Source of the DNA: Sedimentisphaerales bacterium
GTDB lineage: Bacteria; Planctomycetota; Phycisphaerae; Sedimentisphaerales; SM23-30
DNA length: 64,000 bases
Direction of reading: 5' to 3'
NCBI GenBank assembly: GCA_963663965.2
Contig: CAXXFK010000028.1
Span: 384,001 to 448,000 of the forward strand
Shown in pieces: positions 19,402-30,596 of this stretch (positions within the stretch are counted from its first letter, which is position 1; each line of letters opens with the position of its first letter). The position numbers were made by a program, and so were the translations under genes. The notes beneath the pieces were generated by a model, which had not been told where the DNA came from, ran no database searches, and saw only the letters and a list, made by a program, of their open reading frames with translations.

Positions 19402-21303
19402 TTAGTTGCAATCGGTTTCTGGCATCATATTGCATTCCAGCCATGAAACCGTAAACGCAGCCAGGTCAAACAGGTCAACGACACAGTCCGGAGTGCCTTC
19501 CGGCCCGGTAACGTCAAACTGAGGATTGGCGTAACAGAAACTCTCGCCGGTGAAATCATGATAAATTTCAGCAATTTCACGAGCGCTCAGTGAATAATTA
19601 TAGAACCGGACATCATCAACCAAACCGGTGAAGTACGCAGTGCTGATAGGCGACGCGGTACCGAAAATCAACGGACTGCCACTGTGAACAAACGGGCCGT
19701 TTGCAGCTTGGGTTCCCGCTAGAACTCCATCAACATATAACCGGAATTCCAGCGCCAAGCTGTCAAATTCCATCGTAATCATGTGCCACTTGGTGCCTAA
19801 TATATTTGTACCAGTCAGGATTCCAATTCCTTCCAGCTCACCGCTGGCGGCGCCGCTCTGGGTGTACATAAACCAGCCAATCTGACCAGCAGTGGTTTCA
19901 CGTTTGCTGAGAATGGCGCTGAGAGAGGCCGTACTGCCCGATTTAACGAAACAGGTAACGGTAAAACTGGGTGTATTGAAATAATCTTCGCTATCAGCTA
20001 TGGTAACAAATCGACCATCTGCCATTAAATTGACCGCACTGCCGTCAATGCCTTCAGCGAAATTAGGATCGACCATCGTGCCATCATACCCATCACCCAA
20101 CGCGTTGGTCAGATCGCCATCCAGCTTCCAGTGACCCAGCATGCGTTTAATATACAGGGTGGCCGCTTCAGAATCGGCGGTTCCTGCTGAATTAGTGATT
20201 TGACACCAGTAACTGGTTTCATCAGCCATCGTTACATTTTCAAGTGTCAGAACCGGCGAATTGGTGCCAATAGACACCGAAGTATCACCCGGTTCACCTT
20301 TATACCAGGCATAGCCGGATGGAGTCTGTGAAGTGGCTACCAGACTGATTGTGGCAGTCTGGCCTTCAAAAACAAAGGTATCCTGGGGCTGCTGGACGAT
20401 ATCTGCCAGGGTACGGGTTGTAGAGAAAGACCAGACATCGCCGGTGATGGAACCATTGGGATCAGGTACAATCGTGTCAATTCGCCAGAAATAAGTCGTA
20501 TCCGTAACCAATTCTGGTTGATAAGTTTCTGTACCGGCTGCCAGAGTGGCGACCAGTACCAGGTTGGGATCAGTTCCTATCCAGACCTGAAGTTCCTCAA
20601 TAGCAGGAGCCGGCTGGCTGGGATTGGCCTTGTCACGGGCACATTCCCAGTTAATCGAACTGCCTGTAGCGATTTCCTCGGCGCCATTGGCCGGAGAGAC
20701 GTTTAACGCCTTTAACGATTCAGTTTGACTGATAATCACATTGTCAATTCCCAAACGTTGAGCTGAAGTGCCATTCCAGGAATTGGGACCGCCGGCAAAT
20801 GAAACGTAAAGGTTTTTGCCAACAGCCGCTAGAGGTACTTTGGCAATAATTGGAATCAGATCTTCAGTCCAGACACTCGGCGGTAAATCGCCTTCAAAAA
20901 TCTCGCCACTGCCAATGATCATTTTCTGATCGCCGTCCATGTAATATAAAGTGGCCAGCAATGAACTGTCGCGAACTATATTTGTCATATTCCTGACATC
21001 TACCTGCAAAGTCAGTAAATCGTTGGCCTGAATGACATAACCGGTATTTTTGGCAATCGTTCCGGAAACCAGATTTTCACGTGTGGTCGAGCCGCCTCCA
21101 CCCCAGGCATAATTTTGTGGATTACCATAGCCGCTGAAAGACAACGCCCATGAGACACTCGCGCTGCTATCCCAGTTATTGTCACCAAACGTTTTACCCG
21201 CTTCGAATCCGTCATTGAATACTTCCGCGGCATGGAGAGTAGAGAATCCCAGTGCCAGTATTGTGGTCAATAAACCAAGCCAGAACACTTTTCCATTTTT
21301 CAT
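19402..21303 (-). CDS. Secreted multidomain protein: head domain, FN3-like, Ig, LamG, dockerin-like tail
   Basis: Signal peptide; YFWRID; Ig YWCQITN; LamG GHWKLD...LYVDG...GLVDDVRFY; tail DCVVDLFDLAAFTVSWLEC. Confidence 0.85.
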   Translation of the reverse strand: MKNGKVFWLGLLTTILALGFSTLHAAEVFNDGFEAGKTFGDNNWDSSASVSWALSFSGYGNPQNYAWGGGGSTTRENLVSGTIAKNTGYVIQANDLLTLQVDVRNMTNIVRDSSLLATLYYMDGDQKMIIGSGEIFEGDLPPSVWTEDLIPIIAKVPLAAVGKNLYVSFAGGPNSWNGTSAQRLGIDNVIISQTESLKALNVSPANGAEEIATGSSINWECARDKANPSQPAPAIEELQVWIGTDPNLVLVATLAAGTETYQPELVTDTTYFWRIDTIVPDPNGSITGDVWSFSTTRTLADIVQQPQDTFVFEGQTATISLVATSQTPSGYAWYKGEPGDTSVSIGTNSPVLTLENVTMADETSYWCQITNSAGTADSEAATLYIKRMLGHWKLDGDLTNALGDGYDGTMVDPNFAEGIDGSAVNLMADGRFVTIADSEDYFNTPSFTVTCFVKSGSTASLSAILSKRETTAGQIGWFMYTQSGAASGELEGIGILTGTNILGTKWHMITMEFDSLALEFRLYVDGVLAGTQAANGPFVHSGSPLIFGTASPISTAYFTGLVDDVRFYNYSLSAREIAEIYHDFTGESFCYANPQFDVTGPEGTPDCVVDLFDLAAFTVSWLECNMMPETDCN

Positions 21304-21417
21304 AACATTACTCCTGTGTATTAAACTCCATTGCTAGTTCCACCGGGTGTCTTACACGGAACATCCGGTACGAGTTCTTTATTTCGATATGACGCTAATT
21401 TACATAAACTACAAAGG

Positions 21418-23172
21418 TTAATCATTTATTTGACTGATGACTAAGGATGGCTCTGCAAATAATCCCAGGTCCATTCCGGAACCATCGCCATGATCGGTAA
21501 TGACCAGTGTCAGGAACCGTTCTTTGCCGGTAAGAGGCAAGTCGATTTCGAGTGGTTCACTGCCACAAAGCTGTTTGAGCGCCTGTTGCCGGATTTCGCC
21601 GTCAATGGCAACCCAGATATCGATACTGGCGCTGCCATGCTCGGCGTCTTTAATCAAATCATCAGGCACGCCTGCCAGGGAGCGAAATGCGGTCAGTTGC
21701 AGCGAAGATCCCAATTTCTCCCGAATTGCGGCCAGGTCGAAAGTGATTCCGGCATTGGCGTGCATATAGATAGCCGACTGATTATCGATACCATAAGCCT
21801 GACCAGCCATGACACACCGACTGGAGCAGGGACCCGAAGGCAATCCCATGCCATAATAAAGTATTTCGCCTTGATTGATGATATTGGCATAACAACGCCC
21901 ATCAGTCTGAGGCAGATCATTTAAATGCAGACCAGATGTCGAGATAACTGTTTCGCTGCCGATTTTGGGTACGAATACAGTATCTATAAATGGATTCGAA
22001 TCTGCGGGAGAAGATCCGGTATAGAGTAAAACCAGCTTTTTTTGATCAAATATAACCGGTTGACCGGTTGCCGGGTTCACTCCACTTCCACGGCGCCCGG
22101 TTCCAAAACCGTCTCCACCTCCAATAATATCGGCCAGATCGATAGAAGATTGACCTTTCCACCTCAGATGGCTGTGGGAATCGATTTGACGGACATAACG
22201 GTGAGAATCCAGGGCAATAGTTTTAACCTGGCCAATCGGGTTCACTTGCCGGGCCTGGCCGAATGTTACTTCACATTGGGCCTTTTTGTCATATTCCATG
22301 CCGGAAATAAGCAATGTTTTGCCTTTTATGACGTGAAGTTGCGTATTTCGATCGCGATCCACCTCAACCCCAAATTCCGTACCGAGATCGATAATTTTGG
22401 CTTGATCTGTTTTAATGGCGAAACCAATAGCTTGTTCGGGGACATTGGCATAGGCGCGGCCGGTATTAAGTTGCATGGCATCTTCATCCAGAAGTACCCA
22501 TTGGGCGGGACCTTCAATTAGAACTTCAGCGCCGCTGTTGAATCGAATATGGGCACATCCTTGGTTGAGTTGATAGGTATCCTGGCTCATCCGACCGTCA
22601 TTATGTGGTAGCCGGCTGGTTTTATCCCATTGGACATCGAGCTGATCAATCAGTTGTGCCACGACCCGGCGGGGATGAATGGCGCTTTCACGCATAATCC
22701 AGCGGTCCAGACCAATGATGGCCAGACACAGTAGGATAATGGCCGCTGCTTTTATAATGACATTTAGTAACTGCACTCGACTGGGACGCGTACGATGCAA
22801 AGGCCTGACAGGTGTAATGTCATTAATCTCTTGTTTATCAAAATCTTCCGTGCGATTGAGCCTGTCGATGTCGGCTTCGACGATTTCCGCGAAGCAGCGG
22901 GTGTCCTCCAGCATGGCGGGATCGGTTTCAACTTGAATTTCAGGAACATGGCTGGCTACTTCCGCCATGACAGGGTGACTGTTGATCGAGATATCCCTTG
23001 ATAATTTTAAACCGGCATGAACCGTCATAAAGTCGATATAAAATGCAAAAAGAACCGGATCATTATTAATCGTTTGTTCCAGTTCCAGAAATTCTGCTTC
23101 GTCAATGGTCTGATCCAGCAATTTAGTGATCAGGCAGCTTAATTTAAATTTAAGTGCGGTATCAGTATTCAT
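21418..23172 (-). CDS. FecR-family anti-sigma factor with C-terminal NPCBM-like sensor domain
   Basis: Single TM; IEGPA, IDLGTEFGV, HVIKG; C-terminal HANAGITFDL and RFLTLVITD; ATG 23172 overlaps the sigma stop. Confidence 0.85.
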   Translation of the reverse strand: MNTDTALKFKLSCLITKLLDQTIDEAEFLELEQTINNDPVLFAFYIDFMTVHAGLKLSRDISINSHPVMAEVASHVPEIQVETDPAMLEDTRCFAEIVEADIDRLNRTEDFDKQEINDITPVRPLHRTRPSRVQLLNVIIKAAAIILLCLAIIGLDRWIMRESAIHPRRVVAQLIDQLDVQWDKTSRLPHNDGRMSQDTYQLNQGCAHIRFNSGAEVLIEGPAQWVLLDEDAMQLNTGRAYANVPEQAIGFAIKTDQAKIIDLGTEFGVEVDRDRNTQLHVIKGKTLLISGMEYDKKAQCEVTFGQARQVNPIGQVKTIALDSHRYVRQIDSHSHLRWKGQSSIDLADIIGGGDGFGTGRRGSGVNPATGQPVIFDQKKLVLLYTGSSPADSNPFIDTVFVPKIGSETVISTSGLHLNDLPQTDGRCYANIINQGEILYYGMGLPSGPCSSRCVMAGQAYGIDNQSAIYMHANAGITFDLAAIREKLGSSLQLTAFRSLAGVPDDLIKDAEHGSASIDIWVAIDGEIRQQALKQLCGSEPLEIDLPLTGKERFLTLVITDHGDGSGMDLGLFAEPSLVISQIND

Positions 23173-23705
23173 CGGGTATCTCCAGCGGCGATAGACCGTT
23201 TGACACACTCCACCAGCACTAGATGGATACGTGCAATGGTTTTGTAAAGCCCTTGAATCGTCCGGCCAAAGGTATTGGCCAGGCTTTGGGTGGTCATATC
23301 GCGGCTGTATCGCATTCGGATAATTTGCTTATCAGTCTCTTTCAGTTTATCAATACATCCATCCAGTATTTTGAGTTGCTCAGTAACCATATCGGGCGAT
23401 TGCTTTTCGGTGTATTCCAGAATACGGTTGAAGAGCTCATCATTAAAATGCAGACACGATTTTTTATTATTTTCACGAAATTTCATAATGCGGTAACGGG
23501 CCACCTGAATACCCCAGGCGGAAAAGTTGGAACCGGACCTGTACTTATCAAAATTACGCCACATGTACATGACCGTTTCCTGAAACAGGTCATCCGCGTC
23601 AGAATCGCTGGGTATCAGGGACTGGATAAAACCAAAAATCCGTTTCTGATTGGCCATCAGCAACGCCAGAAAGTTCTCATCAGGTTTTGATTTTTTAGAG
23701 GTCAT
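23169..23705 (-). CDS. ECF sigma-70 factor (Rhodopirellula/Verrucomicrobium-type)
   Basis: DADDLFQET, NFSAWGIQVAR, LDGCIDKL, IRMRY, C-terminal HTH. Confidence 0.92.
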   Translation of the reverse strand: MTSKKSKPDENFLALLMANQKRIFGFIQSLIPSDSDADDLFQETVMYMWRNFDKYRSGSNFSAWGIQVARYRIMKFRENNKKSCLHFNDELFNRILEYTEKQSPDMVTEQLKILDGCIDKLKETDKQIIRMRYSRDMTTQSLANTFGRTIQGLYKTIARIHLVLVECVKRSIAAGDTR

Positions 23706-23936
23706 ACAGATAGTAACGAACCGATTTCTCGATTAATCTCAACACCTTGCTAAATTGAACTGCATTTGGGATAGACGATAATATCAGAATTTTGGAGTCA
23801 AAAAAATTATTTTTATACCTTATCGTTAGTACTTATTGATTTGATAATGAGAAGCACTGCTGTAACTGGTTGAATTTTAAGAAGATACGACTGTTGCTAA
23901 TGCAAGCGGATTATCGATGGCTAATTGATCAGTAAG

Positions 23937-23966
23937 AAAGCCCGGAACCGCAAAATTCCGGGCTTT
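23937..23966. terminator. Probable intrinsic terminator
   Basis: AAAGCCCGGAA/TTCCGGGCTTT 11-bp stem, 30 nt past the 23997 stop. Confidence 0.65.
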
Positions 23967-23996
23967 AAATTCACTACAATCCAGAATTAAAGGGGC

Positions 23997-26330
23997 CTAT
24001 TGGCAATTTTCCCGAGGCATCAGGTTGCACTCCAGCCAGGATTCGGTGAAGATAGCCAAATCGAGTATGTTAACAATACAGTCCCGGTTGAGATCGTAAG
24101 GACTGAAGGACATGCATTCTTTCTTTAAATACAAGGCTTCAATTGATTCGGCCGGCAGAGCATAAGAATAAATCCGAACATCATCAATAATGCCATTCCA
24201 GTATCGCCCGGCATCACTACGCCCCCCAATCCATAACGGATCTGGTTGCGGGGAAATGGTACCTGAGGCTGGAACGGCGACGTCAACGTGGCCATCGACA
24301 TAAAGAGTGAGGGTATTGCCATCATAGGTGCCCGCCACATGGTGCCATTGATTATCGATAATCGCTGTGGCGCCATTGGCTTGCATAGCGCCTGCTGATG
24401 TGTCAATATGGTAAGCTGCCGCGCTGGTGTTATTATTCCGGCATAAACGCCAGGTCCAGCGGCCTTTACCTGCTATGGAGGCCCAGGCATTGTCAAGATA
24501 TGGCGTTTTGATCCAGGCGCAAACAGTGCCACCCGTGGATAAATCAAATGAACTATCTGAACCACAATCCAGCCAGGAACTGCCATCAAAATAAGTAGCA
24601 TCAGTGCCTACCGATCGGTCCTGGGTGAAGCTGGGGGCGCCCCCTGGAGAAGCGTTACGATGGTTCCCACTGGTATCCTGATAGTTGCCATCCAGCGGCC
24701 AGTGCCCGATGAGGCCGCCTATGGTCAGGCGTGCAGATGCCGAACGGGCAGTTCCGGCTGAGTTGACCACTTCGCAATAATAAATGCCCTGGTCTGCTGA
24801 TGTGATTGCTGTCAGGATCAGATTTTTGATGTCGATGGCAATTAATGCGTCCGGCCCGGATTCAGACTGTTTATACCAGTAATAGTGCATAGACAATGGA
24901 CTTATGGCGTCGACAGCAAAAGTAACGGTGTCACCTTCATTTGCCAGGATATCATCTGGAGAATTGGTAATAAAAGGTGCATCTGGATCAATCGGTTGGG
25001 GATCGAATAAACCGACAATTGCCAGATTAAAATTGGTAAATGTAGTTAGTTTACCCCGTGTCCAGAGCAATATAGTATAAGGTCCATCCCAGATCGGAAC
25101 AATCGGGCGAATATTATCCTGTATTGAGTTTCGGGTAATCGGTGCCCAGGTCCAGTTTTCGCCCATATCAGTGGTAGTACCTCGAAATATTTCATAATGA
25201 CGTTGACTGTCAGCTGAACTAACCAGCGGTTCTCCGGAATAGGGATTGGCATCGGTAGAAATATAGACGATGTCAGGATTCTGTGGATCAAGGGCAACCA
25301 GACCGCTGTAATCATCTTCACCTGCGTAAAGTTTCGTGCCGGCATAGGCCATTTCACTAACATGCCAGCCAGAACCATCCCAGCGGCTATAATAGTAGCG
25401 GATATCGAAACCACCCTGGCCGGATGGCAAACCGGCGCCATCTTTCTGGACGGAAAAGGCAATATAAGGATTTCCATTAATATCCAAATGGATGTCAGTA
25501 GTCCAGGCGACATTATCCGCATCGCCTGGAAATACTCTAGTAAGCTGTTCGGGAGCAACCGGACCATCTGTTAGGTTTTGGATTTTCGTTCCATCTGATC
25601 GATAAATTCCCCCATCGAAAATATATCCGTGATAGATACTGTTATCATAATTGCGAGGATGCCCTTCTGTGGTAATGAAATGGATCGTATCGATATTGTT
25701 TGAAGCGTATTTGACATAAGGCCGATGCCCATCTTTGCGAATAAGATGCCCACCGTAATACCAACTTTGACCGTCATCATCGGAGACAATATAATTAGGA
25801 TTATAATTTTCTCCGCGATAGAAATCATATATCCGGCCATTTTCAGCGCTCAAACGAAAGAGGTTCGAATAACAGACACTGGCATTGCGTTCTTCAATCA
25901 GTTCTGGTTGCCATTGTGAGGTATCATTGGGATTGGAAGTAATTCGTCGGCGAATATAGCGATCAGAACTGTGCTTGCTGTACATTGCGAGAATCCGATC
26001 GTCGGGGAGAGCTAAAAAGGCTGGCAGATCATGGTCGTCCCCCTGTAAGTTAGCATGTAATACAAACGTTATAGGCATGCCTCCATTATTCAGATCGTAG
26101 GTTGTTACTTCTATATTTCCATCTCGACTTGAACCATCTGGACCGGAAGCGTCTGCTACGGATCCCATGATCAGTTTGTTATCATGAACGATGACTCGTT
26201 CATCCTGATACCAGCACCAGCCAGCATTGTCATTGAAAACCATAGGTTCAGCGGCTGACAGAAGACCCCAAAATAGACTTGTCACTATTTGAAAAGCCAG
26301 GCAGGTAAGTATTGGTCGGTATATATCCAT
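23997..26330 (-). CDS. Secreted BNR_4-type beta-propeller protein with Ig, LamG and dockerin-like tail
   Basis: GWCWYQD, DDH, Asp-box SDDDGQSW, RPYVKY, TEGHP, NIRPIVP; LamG WHHVAGTYDG; tail DLNRDCIVNILDLAIFTESWLEC. Confidence 0.82.
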   Translation of the reverse strand: MDIYRPILTCLAFQIVTSLFWGLLSAAEPMVFNDNAGWCWYQDERVIVHDNKLIMGSVADASGPDGSSRDGNIEVTTYDLNNGGMPITFVLHANLQGDDHDLPAFLALPDDRILAMYSKHSSDRYIRRRITSNPNDTSQWQPELIEERNASVCYSNLFRLSAENGRIYDFYRGENYNPNYIVSDDDGQSWYYGGHLIRKDGHRPYVKYASNNIDTIHFITTEGHPRNYDNSIYHGYIFDGGIYRSDGTKIQNLTDGPVAPEQLTRVFPGDADNVAWTTDIHLDINGNPYIAFSVQKDGAGLPSGQGGFDIRYYYSRWDGSGWHVSEMAYAGTKLYAGEDDYSGLVALDPQNPDIVYISTDANPYSGEPLVSSADSQRHYEIFRGTTTDMGENWTWAPITRNSIQDNIRPIVPIWDGPYTILLWTRGKLTTFTNFNLAIVGLFDPQPIDPDAPFITNSPDDILANEGDTVTFAVDAISPLSMHYYWYKQSESGPDALIAIDIKNLILTAITSADQGIYYCEVVNSAGTARSASARLTIGGLIGHWPLDGNYQDTSGNHRNASPGGAPSFTQDRSVGTDATYFDGSSWLDCGSDSSFDLSTGGTVCAWIKTPYLDNAWASIAGKGRWTWRLCRNNNTSAAAYHIDTSAGAMQANGATAIIDNQWHHVAGTYDGNTLTLYVDGHVDVAVPASGTISPQPDPLWIGGRSDAGRYWNGIIDDVRIYSYALPAESIEALYLKKECMSFSPYDLNRDCIVNILDLAIFTESWLECNLMPRENCQ

Positions 26331-26361
26331 TCGTCATCTTCTCCGGTTTAGTAATGGAATA

Positions 26362-26393
26362 CAGGAAGGTTCGCGACGGGGCGAACCTTCCTG
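26362..26393. other. Intergenic 13-bp perfect hairpin (mRNA stabiliser or terminator)
   Basis: CAGGAAGGTTCGC-6nt-GCGAACCTTCCTG between co-oriented genes. Confidence 0.55.
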
Positions 26394-26438
26394 ATCATAG
26401 AGGTAATGGATTGAAAAAATTGATGCCAATTATGCTAA

Positions 26439-28394
26439 TTAATCACAAGACGATAATGGCGCCTTGCCGCATTCCAGCCAATCCAGCGCGAACAGGGCGT
26501 AATCGGCCAGATCGACCTTGCAGTCTTCATTAAAGTCGTTGGCGGGCAGTTCAACACAGATGACCGCGTCTGTGATGACATCGACATAAGATTGTGCTAC
26601 TTCATAGGCGTCCATAGCATAATTCTTGATCTGGATGTCATCCATAACGCCATTGAACAAGTAGGCCATGTCTCCTTGCAGATCACCGATATACATGGTT
26701 GCACTAGTACCGGTGGTCATCGTCATATTGGCCTGACCAGCCAGTTCGCCATTGATATATAATTGGCCAATTGTACCATCATGAGTTGCAACTATTTGCT
26801 GCCATTGGTTCATTTTCAAACCATCAGTAATATTAATAGCTGAGGGATATGTCAGCCAACGTAACTGGCCATTGGTATCCCGTCTTAAACCCCACAACAT
26901 GCCATCAGTGGCATAACTGTCGCGTTTACTGATCAGAGTCTGGATGGAGGAAGTAAGCCCGGCCCAATTGGTCCAGAGGCTGATGGTGATTTGACCGGTG
27001 ACTTCAGCAGGATTCCAGGTGCCGGCGTTAGCCCAGGCTTTCTGATCGCCAAATAGCACCGCACTATTGGGCAAGCCATCAATTCCTTCCACAAAAGTGG
27101 GTATGCCGTTGGGGTCGGCATGATGTTCAGAGCCACTAATATCTTTATACTGGCCATCAATATAATCGCCTTCATCAAGGGTCCAGTGAGCCAGAGTCCT
27201 TTTAACCAGAATTTTGGCAGATGTCGAAGCTGTTATGCCGACATCATTAGTAGCGACGCAATAGTAACTTCCTTCATCGGCAATCTCCACGACGATAGAC
27301 AAAGTATTGGTCCGGGCCCCAGTGATGTGATTCAGATCATCGGCTAATGCGAGATCCTCAATCTCATCATCCGGTAGTCCTGCATACCACTGATAGTTTA
27401 ATTCGCCACCCAGGCCCCCGGTGGTGCCGGCGATGGCATTCAATGTCGCCGTTTCGCCAACGAACATCCAGGCATCTTCAGGCTGGGTGCCCAGCGGTGG
27501 ATTGAAATCGGGAATGGTCTTAATTGTTTCGAAAGTCCAGACCACACCGGTGACAACCGAGCCATCATTGAGTTTCTCATCAACGCGCCAGTAATAGGTC
27601 GCATTGGCTTCCAGCGTTGGGCTAAACGTGGTGGGCTGGCCGGCAGGAATGACAAAGTTGGGGTCGACCAGCAGGGCCGGATTGGTATTAATGCGAATCT
27701 GATGCTCCACAATGCGAGGATCAGGGACATCACTATTATTGGGATCCCGCATCGGCTCAAATGAAAAAGGAGCGCTCAGGGTGACATTCGTTGCTCGATC
27801 CGTCGGCTGTGGTTTGTATGGCACAAATGCCATCTTATAGACGAGACCATCGTACCAGCTACGCTGGTTGTCAGCATCATCATCGATATACACTTTCAAA
27901 TTGCCAGCGCTATCGGCAAAACCAATGCCCATATTGCCTTCGTATTCGTCACGATTGCCATCGGCAGCTCCAGTAGCCACGCTGTTACTGAGACGACTGT
28001 ATCGAGCCAGTGTATCGGGGTAAAATCCGGCATAGACATGCCAGTCATCACTGGTCCCATTGGATGACCAGGTGATGACATAAATATGATAAGGTTTATC
28101 CGGATCCAAACCGGGAATAGTTGTTACCAGCATCGGAGCGTCAATTTGGCCGGTTTTGCTATCGGCTTCATAAATCGTACCTTCGTTTTCAAAACCACGA
28201 ATCATCCAGAGTTTTTGTGCGGTGGCAGTCGCTTGATCGGTAGAGGCGCCGAGCCCGCTGCCATCGGCCGCCTGGGTATTATCCACACTCGCGTCAAAAT
28301 AGGTTCCACTGTAAGTACTACCCGTATAGGCAAAGCCACTCGTTGCCGTCAGGAACAAAATCGAAAGGGTCAGAATTAATATCTGTTTGTTCAT
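26439..28394 (-). CDS. Secreted head/FN3-like/Ig/LamG protein with dockerin-like tail
   Basis: Start moved to ATG 28394 (MNKQILIL, GGAGA RBS); YYWRVDE, YYCVATN, LYING, tail DFNEDCKVDLADYALFALDWLEC. Confidence 0.85.
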   Translation of the reverse strand: MNKQILILTLSILFLTATSGFAYTGSTYSGTYFDASVDNTQAADGSGLGASTDQATATAQKLWMIRGFENEGTIYEADSKTGQIDAPMLVTTIPGLDPDKPYHIYVITWSSNGTSDDWHVYAGFYPDTLARYSRLSNSVATGAADGNRDEYEGNMGIGFADSAGNLKVYIDDDADNQRSWYDGLVYKMAFVPYKPQPTDRATNVTLSAPFSFEPMRDPNNSDVPDPRIVEHQIRINTNPALLVDPNFVIPAGQPTTFSPTLEANATYYWRVDEKLNDGSVVTGVVWTFETIKTIPDFNPPLGTQPEDAWMFVGETATLNAIAGTTGGLGGELNYQWYAGLPDDEIEDLALADDLNHITGARTNTLSIVVEIADEGSYYCVATNDVGITASTSAKILVKRTLAHWTLDEGDYIDGQYKDISGSEHHADPNGIPTFVEGIDGLPNSAVLFGDQKAWANAGTWNPAEVTGQITISLWTNWAGLTSSIQTLISKRDSYATDGMLWGLRRDTNGQLRWLTYPSAINITDGLKMNQWQQIVATHDGTIGQLYINGELAGQANMTMTTGTSATMYIGDLQGDMAYLFNGVMDDIQIKNYAMDAYEVAQSYVDVITDAVICVELPANDFNEDCKVDLADYALFALDWLECGKAPLSSCD

Positions 28395-28456
28395 TATTAT
28401 TTCTCCTTGAGTATCAATCCTCAGTATAGTTTTAACTTTCAATATTGGCTTCACCG

Positions 28457-30418
28457 TTACAGACACCCGTTATCCGAAACGATATTACAATCGAGCCAAC
28501 TCTCTATCATTTCTACCAGGTCCATCAGATCGATCTGACAGTCATCATTGAAATCATACTGCGGTTTTTCCACACAGATGACAGTGCCGGGATTCTGGTC
28601 GATGAAGAGTTGAGCCACTTCAAAACCATCCAGGGCGTAGTTATATACCCGATAATCATCGATGGCGCCGATATAGAAATTTTGCAGAGTGCCCTGATTG
28701 TTATAAGCCCCTATGACCATGGCATTCTGCCAGGGATTGAATCCACTGATCGGAGCGTCCTGTTGACTGCTCAGAAGCTTACCATTGGCATACAGAGCGA
28801 CATCGCCGGTTTTGGCATCCCAGGTCACGACGATCATTTGCCACTGACCGTTGCGCAGATTGTCATTAGGCGCGGCAGCCAATCCGATTTGATTGTCCGC
28901 GCTATTGGCAACGACAAATCCCAGACTGTTGCTGCTGCTGAACTGCATACGGTAGCTGGTCGCATCGGGATCGGTATTGCGAGTACCGGTATAATAACTG
29001 GTACCGCTATTGGTCGTATTGATCCACATGGAAACAGTGCCGGCATCCAAACCTCCGCCCAGGTCGCTGTTGGGAGCGGCGTTAAGGCCCAGGTCGACTA
29101 CTTGAGTTCCATTCAGGCTGACCGCCTGGCCGATTTTTCCTTCAACATAAGTTGCGGCTGATAGAATGCCGTCAATATCGCCGACCATATCTTCCAGAGA
29201 ATTGTCAAAAGGATAATGAGCGATCAGACGTTTGATTACCAGGTTGGCTGCCATCGAATCAGTCGAGCCGGCATCATTGGTCGCCTGGCAATAATAGGTA
29301 CCCTGATCCGTTATAGCGGTGACGATTGTCAGCTCAGAGGTGGCCGCGCCGACGATATGGTCCGTTTCATCGATCAGGGGCGAACTGATATCTCCCGGTA
29401 GTCCGCGATACCATTGATAATTGATGTCCCCGCCTTCTCCCCCGGTGGTTCCGGCAGAGACGGATAAGACCGCATTGTTGCCTATAAAGGCGTACGCGTC
29501 CTGGGGCTGGGTGCCCAGCGGTTCGTCGAACGATGGCTTGGTCTTGATCGTTTCGAAAGACCAGACTAATCCGGTTATCGTATTGGGATCGTCTGCGGCT
29601 GAACCATTAATGCTCTCATCTAATCGCCAGTAATAGGTTTTATTGGCATCAAGCAGATATGGGCCTGATTCAATCGGGTCAGTCAGGTCGGCCACTGCTA
29701 CCATAGTAGCCAGGGCGAAATTGGGTTCATCAGGGACAATGTACAGATAATGTCCAGTGATAGCAGGATTAGGATCAACGGGATTGCTGATATTACGGCC
29801 CATCATCCAGCTGAACATAACGGACTTGTCCACATCCTTTGCGTTCTGAGCAGGATTTGGATTATAAGCCACTGGTGATGGAGCATACACTACACCATCA
29901 AACCAGGTACGGCCATAGTTGGGAATATCGTCAATATATACAGTAAGGTTTCCCTCAGCATCACTCGTTTTAGTTCCAAACATGGCTTCATATTCATTGC
30001 GATTACTTTCAACGGCCCCGGTTGCCCGGCCAGAAGTTTTACCATAGACGATCAGATTGTCCGGTTCAGTACCGGCCATGACCCGCCAATAACCTGGATC
30101 AGACCATTGAACAACATACAAATTGTAGGGTATTTGCGGGATCAGGCTGCCTATCGTCATAGCCAGCATAGGCTTGTCTCCCGTAGGACTGGCGCCGTTA
30201 GATTCCCAGATTCCGGCGTTGGCGTAAGCATCACGGAAACGCCATTTATCCGCCGTAACGCTGGTACTCCACCAATCAACAATGGGGTCTACCGGCGCGG
30301 TATTTATGGTAGACGCATCAACATAAGTACCACTGTAAACGCTCCCGTTGAATGCCAACGCCCCTTGTACCATACTCAGTACAAACATTAAGCATACTAA
30401 TAAAAATAATTTCTTCAT
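28457..30418 (-). CDS. Secreted head/FN3-like/Ig/LamG protein with dockerin-like tail, paralog of 26439-28394
   Basis: Signal peptide; shares YSGTYxDAS, NRxEYE, FETIKT, PLGTQP; tail DFNDDCQIDLMDLVEMIESWLDC. Confidence 0.87.
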   Translation of the reverse strand: MKKLFLLVCLMFVLSMVQGALAFNGSVYSGTYVDASTINTAPVDPIVDWWSTSVTADKWRFRDAYANAGIWESNGASPTGDKPMLAMTIGSLIPQIPYNLYVVQWSDPGYWRVMAGTEPDNLIVYGKTSGRATGAVESNRNEYEAMFGTKTSDAEGNLTVYIDDIPNYGRTWFDGVVYAPSPVAYNPNPAQNAKDVDKSVMFSWMMGRNISNPVDPNPAITGHYLYIVPDEPNFALATMVAVADLTDPIESGPYLLDANKTYYWRLDESINGSAADDPNTITGLVWSFETIKTKPSFDEPLGTQPQDAYAFIGNNAVLSVSAGTTGGEGGDINYQWYRGLPGDISSPLIDETDHIVGAATSELTIVTAITDQGTYYCQATNDAGSTDSMAANLVIKRLIAHYPFDNSLEDMVGDIDGILSAATYVEGKIGQAVSLNGTQVVDLGLNAAPNSDLGGGLDAGTVSMWINTTNSGTSYYTGTRNTDPDATSYRMQFSSSNSLGFVVANSADNQIGLAAAPNDNLRNGQWQMIVVTWDAKTGDVALYANGKLLSSQQDAPISGFNPWQNAMVIGAYNNQGTLQNFYIGAIDDYRVYNYALDGFEVAQLFIDQNPGTVICVEKPQYDFNDDCQIDLMDLVEMIESWLDCNIVSDNGCL

Positions 30419-30596
30419 TCCAGAACCTCCGAAATTAAAGTGATTAAAAGGTATTAAGGACGAGTTGACACGCCGATACTCGCCAAGTGATTTGTTGATT
30501 AAAATTCGATTATAGTATCAAATCATGAAGTGTAATCCTCGCATCCAATATATAGTTTTCCAAATCCTTTAGACGGAATTTTTATTGTTTTGATCA

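Noticed and set aside
30454..30479. Second sigma-28-like site (GCCGATAC)
   Set aside because: Poor -35 spacing and antisense to the surrounding operon
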